A stretch of DNA of 64,000 bases from Candidatus Zhuqueibacterota bacterium (GTDB lineage: Bacteria > Zhuqueibacterota > Zhuqueibacteria > Thermofontimicrobiales > Thermofontimicrobiaceae). Below the pieces are notes generated by a model that did no database searches, was not told the DNA's origin, and saw nothing but the letters and a program-made list of their open reading frames with translations. A program made the translations under genes and the position numbers. Location of the stretch: NCBI GenBank assembly GCA_049322915.1, contig JBMOPW010000013.1, forward strand, positions 10,098 to 74,097. The letters are read 5' to 3'. This document shows, piece by piece, positions 58,845-64,000 of the stretch (position 1 is the first letter of the stretch; every line of letters begins with the position of its first letter).

Positions 58845-60026
58845 TCATGCCCGGCTCGCCCGTTCCCACAGTACCGATTGCCTGCCCCGGGCCCATCTGA
58901 AAAATCCGAGCACCGCTGCTGCATTCATCATGGAAAAATAGAACGGCACAAACAGCGGTTTGACCTGGATATTTTTCGTCTCGAAGTACCAGTTTAACAG
59001 CGTCATGCCATAGAACAGAATCTGCGCCCAGAACAGCACAGTGTATAGCCCGCCCCGGTGAATCATGAGCGCATAATTGGCCGGGAGTAAGGCGATGAGC
59101 AGAAACGGATCCACTGCCCAGCGCAACACGCGATGCGAAATATATTGAAAACTGAGCATGCCATACTTCAGCGGATTGAGCAGGGCTTTGAGCCGCGCAA
59201 TCGACTGGAATCCGCCGGCGCTGATTCGCACTTTGCGTTTCATCTCCTCTTTGATGGATGCCGACGGCGTTTCCAGCGCATAGGCATTGGGCTCATAGAC
59301 AACCCGGTAGCCTTTCCCTGCGATGCGCAGCGAAATGATAAAATCATCCAGAATGGTATCGCGTTCCACTTCTTCAAAGAGCTCGGTTCGAATCGAAAAC
59401 ATCTCTCCAGCCGCGCCAACAATGGAGTACAGGTCAGAGTCCAGCTTTTTCAGGAAGGACTCATATTTCCAGTAAAGCCCTTCGCCAGCACCGCTGGAAG
59501 AATCTGCGCCTATTTGTTTGATCCGCTTTTCCCCGGATACTGCGCCCACGTTGGGGTTCTGGTAATGCTTCACCAACTCTTTGATGGCCGTCGCGTTGAA
59601 CATGGTGTTCGCGTCCGAGAAAACAACGATGGGAGTGTCCACAAATTTCATGGCGCGATTGATGGCCCCTATCTTCCCCGCCCGTTTATCTTCGTGCAGC
59701 ACCTGGATTCGCTCGTATTTTCGCAATTCAGCCGGCGTGCCATCGGTCGAACCGTCCGTAATGAACAGCAGCTTCAATTTTTCTTTCGGATAATCCAGAG
59801 CGAACGAATTGGCCACCTTTTCGGCGATGCATTCCTTCTCATTGTAGGCGGCAACGAGCAAGGTAACTGCCGGCGATTCGGAGTCGCTGTCTGCAATCTG
59901 GCCTGGCTTTTTGCCTGAGATCGCCGCTTTCATTTTGACCAGAACAAACGCCACCACGCCATACCCGATGTAGGAATAGAACAGGATGGCCAAACTCACC
60001 CAGAAAAAGATCGCTAATAATTCCAT
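58845..60026 (-). CDS. Glycosyltransferase family 2 (CESA/IcaA-like)
   Basis: AAYNE, DGSTD, FSDAN, LYWKYE, DDF, RKVRI. Confidence 0.92.
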   Translation of the reverse strand: MELLAIFFWVSLAILFYSYIGYGVVAFVLVKMKAAISGKKPGQIADSDSESPAVTLLVAAYNEKECIAEKVANSFALDYPKEKLKLLFITDGSTDGTPAELRKYERIQVLHEDKRAGKIGAINRAMKFVDTPIVVFSDANTMFNATAIKELVKHYQNPNVGAVSGEKRIKQIGADSSSGAGEGLYWKYESFLKKLDSDLYSIVGAAGEMFSIRTELFEEVERDTILDDFIISLRIAGKGYRVVYEPNAYALETPSASIKEEMKRKVRISAGGFQSIARLKALLNPLKYGMLSFQYISHRVLRWAVDPFLLIALLPANYALMIHRGGLYTVLFWAQILFYGMTLLNWYFETKNIQVKPLFVPFYFSMMNAAAVLGFFRWARGRQSVLWERASRA

Positions 60027-60427
60027 CGATCATGTCCTTTGCTGTAAGTCACTTCCCGCGCCATTCGTCGTGTGATTGCATTGACTTTAGCTATTAGGTA
60101 CGACATATCCACCGGCTTTTCCAGGTAATCATCGAACATGCGACTGAGCCCCTTCATTTTCAGCTCGTTCGACCCTTTGCCTGTGATGACGATGAATGGC
60201 GTCTCTGCTATTTCAGCATGATCCCTCACGGCTGCGCAGAATTGCTGACCGTTCTGGATGGGCATTTCGAAATCAGAAATGATCACGTCCGGGCGTTTCT
60301 CCAGCGCCACCTTCAACCCTTCGATCGGATTCTGTTTCACAAACACTTCGTAGCCGGCTTTGCGGAGATTGTACTCCAGCAATCTGCACATATTGATATC
60401 ATCTTCCACGACAAGCACAGTGTACAT
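60014..60427 (-). CDS. Stand-alone response regulator receiver protein
   Basis: VVEDD, ISD..MP, EKP. Confidence 0.9.
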   Translation of the reverse strand: MYTVLVVEDDINMCRLLEYNLRKAGYEVFVKQNPIEGLKVALEKRPDVIISDFEMPIQNGQQFCAAVRDHAEIAETPFIVITGKGSNELKMKGLSRMFDDYLEKPVDMSYLIAKVNAITRRMAREVTYSKGHDRWNY

Positions 60428-60443
60428 AATTTGCTCCCACGCG

Positions 60444-61091
60444 TTATTTTAGTTTTTTGATTTCTTTAGCCGGCACACCGCCGACCAGGGTATAGGCTGG
60501 TACATCCTTCGTCACCACCGATCCGGCCGCCACCACAGCGCCTTTGCCAATTCGTACGCCTTTCAGCACAATGACGCGCGTGGCCAGCCACACATCATCT
60601 TCGAGAGTGATCGGCGATGGCTTTTCAACGGTTTCACGATCCGACACGCCGTGGAAATCGCTGTCCATGATGACTACCTGGGTGGCAATCTGGCAATTCT
60701 TGCCAATGGACACTCCATAGCGCACCGAGATCACAGTGCCGCAATTGATGAAGGCGCCGGCGCCAATGCTGAGGGTGCTGCCCTTCCCCACGGAAATGTG
60801 CGTCTTTGAAACGTGCGACCAAATTTTCACCCGATCTCCCAGGATAATTTCGCCGCTGCCCTCGATTCGGGGATGGCCGCGCACTGTCACAAGGCGACCG
60901 ACTTTCTTACATCGCCACAGATAAATTTTCGCATTGATCACCCGTCCCGCGCCCTGCAGCAGTCGCAGCGCCAGCGCGCCGGCCCGACGTGCCTTGTCGC
61001 GCCCTGGCATACCTTCGGCGTCGGCGGTGTTCCCGGCGACTGGATTCAATTCCGACCATACACGCTGTTTCAATCTGGCTGTTCTCGACAT
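60444..61091 (-). CDS. Hexapeptide-repeat O-acyltransferase
   Basis: [23 protein letters not shown]...GGVPA. Confidence 0.9.
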   Translation of the reverse strand: MSRTARLKQRVWSELNPVAGNTADAEGMPGRDKARRAGALALRLLQGAGRVINAKIYLWRCKKVGRLVTVRGHPRIEGSGEIILGDRVKIWSHVSKTHISVGKGSTLSIGAGAFINCGTVISVRYGVSIGKNCQIATQVVIMDSDFHGVSDRETVEKPSPITLEDDVWLATRVIVLKGVRIGKGAVVAAGSVVTKDVPAYTLVGGVPAKEIKKLK

Positions 61092-61107
61092 TCCAATTTC
61101 CCGTCCT

Positions 61108-62133
61108 TCATTTTAATGCATGTACTTTTTCCAGCAACACCTCTTCGGCAATCGATTGCCCGTCCAATCTCGCCTCCTGCGTCATCACGGTTATCCACGA
61201 TTTGCGCGACAGGTTCCAGAAGAAGAACTTCGCGTACACGTCGAAGCCGCTTTTCAATTCGGCATAGCGCTTCGTATCTTTCGGCGCCACCAGCGATGGG
61301 AGGCCGTATCGAATGAGCCACAGCGCCGAATAGAATGTGGTGCGCAGCCGATAGAGCCAGTACGAATATAAGGGATAACTTTTCTTCAGAAAGATAAATG
61401 CACTCTTGTAATTTTGAATGAACATCTCAATTTTCCGCTGGCTGGAAGCCGCCTTGCCGTAATGGATGATTCGGGCTTCCGGCAGATACATGATTTTCCA
61501 GCCGGCCTTTTTAATGCGCCAGCACCAGTCCACTTCTTCGCCGTAGATATAAAATTGCTCATCCAGCAGCCGGATCTGCTCAATCACCTTGCGTCGAACC
61601 ATCATCACAGCGCCGCGCGCCCAGTCGATTTCCCGGAGCGAAGCATGGTCCCAGAATGCCACGAATCGTTTTGCGAGAAATGCGCTGTTGGGAAAGAGCG
61701 TCGGGAAGATACGGTTCTCCAGCAATGTCGCCCAGAATGAATAGAAATTGCCCACGTTTTTTTGCAGCGAGCCATCGCCGTTCAGCAATTTCGAGGTGAC
61801 CGCCCCGACCTCCGGGGCCGAGTCCAGATAGGCCACCAGCGTATCGATGGCGCGATCCAGCACTTTGGTATCCGGATTGAGAAGCAGCACGTACTCGCCG
61901 CGGGCTAAATGAATCGCCTGATTGTTCGCAGCAGCAAAACCGCGATTGGTCGTGTTGGCGATGAGCTGCACCGTTGGGAAATCCGCCCGCACCATGCCGG
62001 CGCTACCGTCCGGCGACGCATTATCCACGACAAAAACTTCGTACGACGTCCGCGTCTCCTGCATCACCGACTCCAGACACTTTTTGAGCAGTTCCCGCGT
62101 GTTCCAATTGACAATGATAATGGATAGTTTCAT
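61108..62133 (-). CDS. Glycosyltransferase family 2 (WbbL-like)
   Basis: IIIVNWN, VDNAS.D, GFAAANN, LLNPD, FYIYGEE.DW. Confidence 0.92.
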   Translation of the reverse strand: MKLSIIIVNWNTRELLKKCLESVMQETRTSYEVFVVDNASPDGSAGMVRADFPTVQLIANTTNRGFAAANNQAIHLARGEYVLLLNPDTKVLDRAIDTLVAYLDSAPEVGAVTSKLLNGDGSLQKNVGNFYSFWATLLENRIFPTLFPNSAFLAKRFVAFWDHASLREIDWARGAVMMVRRKVIEQIRLLDEQFYIYGEEVDWCWRIKKAGWKIMYLPEARIIHYGKAASSQRKIEMFIQNYKSAFIFLKKSYPLYSYWLYRLRTTFYSALWLIRYGLPSLVAPKDTKRYAELKSGFDVYAKFFFWNLSRKSWITVMTQEARLDGQSIAEEVLLEKVHALK

Positions 62134-62260
62134 AATTCGTCCAATCGATTTTCCAGCGAACTGGAGTCTATTTCAATCACGAGAAAGAGGTAACAGGCAT
62201 CGCGTCGTTTGGCGCATCGGTTGAATCAAACCTGCCACTGCGTCGGCTCCACCAGCCCTC

Positions 62261-62995
62261 TCATTTCTTCCCATTCAAATGGGACGTCATAAACTCAATG
62301 CCGATTTCCACCGAGGCCATGAACACGCTGAGGACCTCCTTTGCGATGGATTTTGGTCGGAACATCGTGTCAATCTGATCTCTGCTCCATCGTCCCATGA
62401 AATACGAGCGCAGCGCCGGGTCCTGTGGATCAATGACATAGTCGATGGCATCTTTCCACTCGTGGCGCACTGTCAGCAGGTCAGGATAGGTTTTTATCAG
62501 GATTCGGAATCCAAGGGATTTCTGTCCCATGTTGTACAATAATAAATCGCCAAAATCGATGGGGAACTTCAGCCCGATTTTGTCTTTTTCCACCATGGTG
62601 ATTTTCCCATCCAGTTCCAGAATCGCCCATTTATGGGAGTCCTTTGGAATGAGGTATTCGCCGATGAGGGACGGCGTTTCGATGTAGCCCCTCGGGGCAA
62701 CGCGGGCGAACTCGCTGAAGAAGTTGGCCGGTCTCTCCACATGTTCCAGCACATGATTGCTGATGATGTAATCGAACGCCTTATCCTTGAACGGCAGGAA
62801 TTCAGCGTCGGCGATGCAGAAATGCTGCTTCTTGAGCACTTTGATATTCCCGCCCCGGTGGTAATTGCTCTCGTAAAACTTGTCAACAACGACATTCGAC
62901 CGCGGGTGCGGATTGTGACCACCCCCGACTTCGAGCACCCAATCGCTTTTCTTCACGGTGATATCGAATCGGGATTTTGGATTTCGGGTTTTCAT
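62261..62995 (-). CDS. Class I SAM-dependent methyltransferase
   Basis: VLEVGGG, DAE.LPF.D..FD, HVLEHV. Confidence 0.85.
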   Translation of the reverse strand: MKTRNPKSRFDITVKKSDWVLEVGGGHNPHPRSNVVVDKFYESNYHRGGNIKVLKKQHFCIADAEFLPFKDKAFDYIISNHVLEHVERPANFFSEFARVAPRGYIETPSLIGEYLIPKDSHKWAILELDGKITMVEKDKIGLKFPIDFGDLLLYNMGQKSLGFRILIKTYPDLLTVRHEWKDAIDYVIDPQDPALRSYFMGRWSRDQIDTMFRPKSIAKEVLSVFMASVEIGIEFMTSHLNGKK

Positions 62996-63196
62996 TTTCG
63001 CTCCGGTAGCAGATTGTAATTCATAATGTGTTATAAAAAGATGATGTTATAGAAGTGTTAGAATTGTCTTCTATGGCTCATTGTCATTCTGGAAAATTCA
63101 ATTTCATTTCGAAAACCAAATTCAGCCTTGTTGAGGCTGGAAAAACAGCGCCATCGCCCTGCCCGGGTAGAACTACCGGACTGCGATGCCTCGCTC

Positions 63197-64000
63197 TCAC
63201 GGACAGTCCGAACACGATGGATCGGTCAGCTCCTCAGGCTTTCGCGCGGCCAGGCGATCTTTCATCTCCTGTTCAATCTGGCTGCCGCGATTGATGATAG
63301 CCGCCGCCACCCAGAACAGGAGACTGGTCGGCAACTGCTTGGTCGCCTCCTGGGGATAATTGACGACGAACAGGCTGAACAAAACGCACATCATGGCCAG
63401 TACTATATTTTTCATGGCCGGATCGCGTATCGTGAAATAGCTATTGATGCCCTGCCTGAAAATTGCCAGCCAGAGGGCAAAATAGAGGGTCAGGCCGACC
63501 CACCCCAATTCCACTGCCACGCGCACATAACCGCTGTCCGGCGGGAATCCTGCCAGAAATGAGTGCGGCGCAAATCGTTCTCCCCACACGCCGGTTGCGC
63601 CCAATCCTCCGCCGAACGGATGCTTCCAGACCCAGGGCCGGATGCGTCGCTGGTTCTCGATTCGCTGCAAATACGATGGATCATCCGACGGCTGAAACGC
63701 TGACTTGAATCGCTGAAACGTGGAATTGATATGAATGGGCAAATTGATCAATCCCACGAACAGGATACCCACGATCACTGTGGAGTAAATCAATTTTCGC
63801 TTCTTCGTCACCATCACGTACAGGAACGCGCCGATCGGAAAAATCACAAATGCAGCGCGTGTACCTGACGCCAGCATGGCCTGGAACATGATGAACGATG
63901 TGATGAATAAAATCACCTTGTTCCGGCGCGATGTTTTCCCCAGCGCAAGCAGCAAGGCCAGCAGCGCTGTGTAGCCGATATGAATGCCGAAATCGGCCGG
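63197..64000 (-). CDS. O-antigen ligase/polymerase (Wzy_C) family protein, 5' truncated
   Basis: SGTR.A, HPFGGGLG, PPDSGY...ELG..G; frame open to window end. Confidence 0.8.
   Translation of the reverse strand, partial: PADFGIHIGYTALLALLLALGKTSRRNKVILFITSFIMFQAMLASGTRAAFVIFPIGAFLYVMVTKKRKLIYSTVIVGILFVGLINLPIHINSTFQRFKSAFQPSDDPSYLQRIENQRRIRPWVWKHPFGGGLGATGVWGERFAPHSFLAGFPPDSGYVRVAVELGWVGLTLYFALWLAIFRQGINSYFTIRDPAMKNIVLAMMCVLFSLFVVNYPQEATKQLPTSLLFWVAAAIINRGSQIEQEMKDRLAARKPEELTDPSCSDCP

Noticed and set aside
3438-59918. Long antisense or shadow ORFs (e.g. 3438-4430, 11847-12950, 14074-15006, 15564-16481, 42625-43731, 57455-58414)
   Set aside because: They overlap well-supported genes and lack recognisable motifs; expected from codon bias in GC-rich coding DNA

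Overview
Gene-dense bacterial chromosome segment. The porX-like/tsaE/tsaB neighbourhood, class II RNR and YjbH proteins suggest an FCB-superphylum anaerobe such as KSB1 (inference only). The left half has an ECF sigma/anti-sigma/VIT-vWA module, NatAB-like ABC genes, nrdJ with tandem NrdR boxes, a GH13 amylase and a housekeeping run (glmS, guaA, surE, accD, rimI, tsaB, tsaE, porX-like). The right end is an exopolysaccharide cluster. The main candidate for an undescribed system is a minus-strand block at about 37.5-56 kb. A sigma54 promoter with two candidate enhancer sites precedes two Ddl-like ATP-grasp ligases, a GNAT and a lysine-type KamA 2,3-aminomutase. The adjacent sigma54 activator has an atypical receiver and is coupled to a third ATP-grasp protein rather than a kinase. 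Nearby are DUF1611 plus an epimerase, MscS, a glucosyl/mannosylglycerate synthase-like enzyme, two DUF2179 paralogs and a DHH phosphoesterase, suggesting synthesis and turnover of a beta-amino-acid peptide or osmolyte. Also seen: a duplicated 31-bp ECF-type promoter and a family of small dispersed hairpin repeats with GTAAC/GTTAC ends. No rRNA, tRNA, CRISPR array or intact transposase was recognised. All calls come from reading the sequence by eye; no searches were run.
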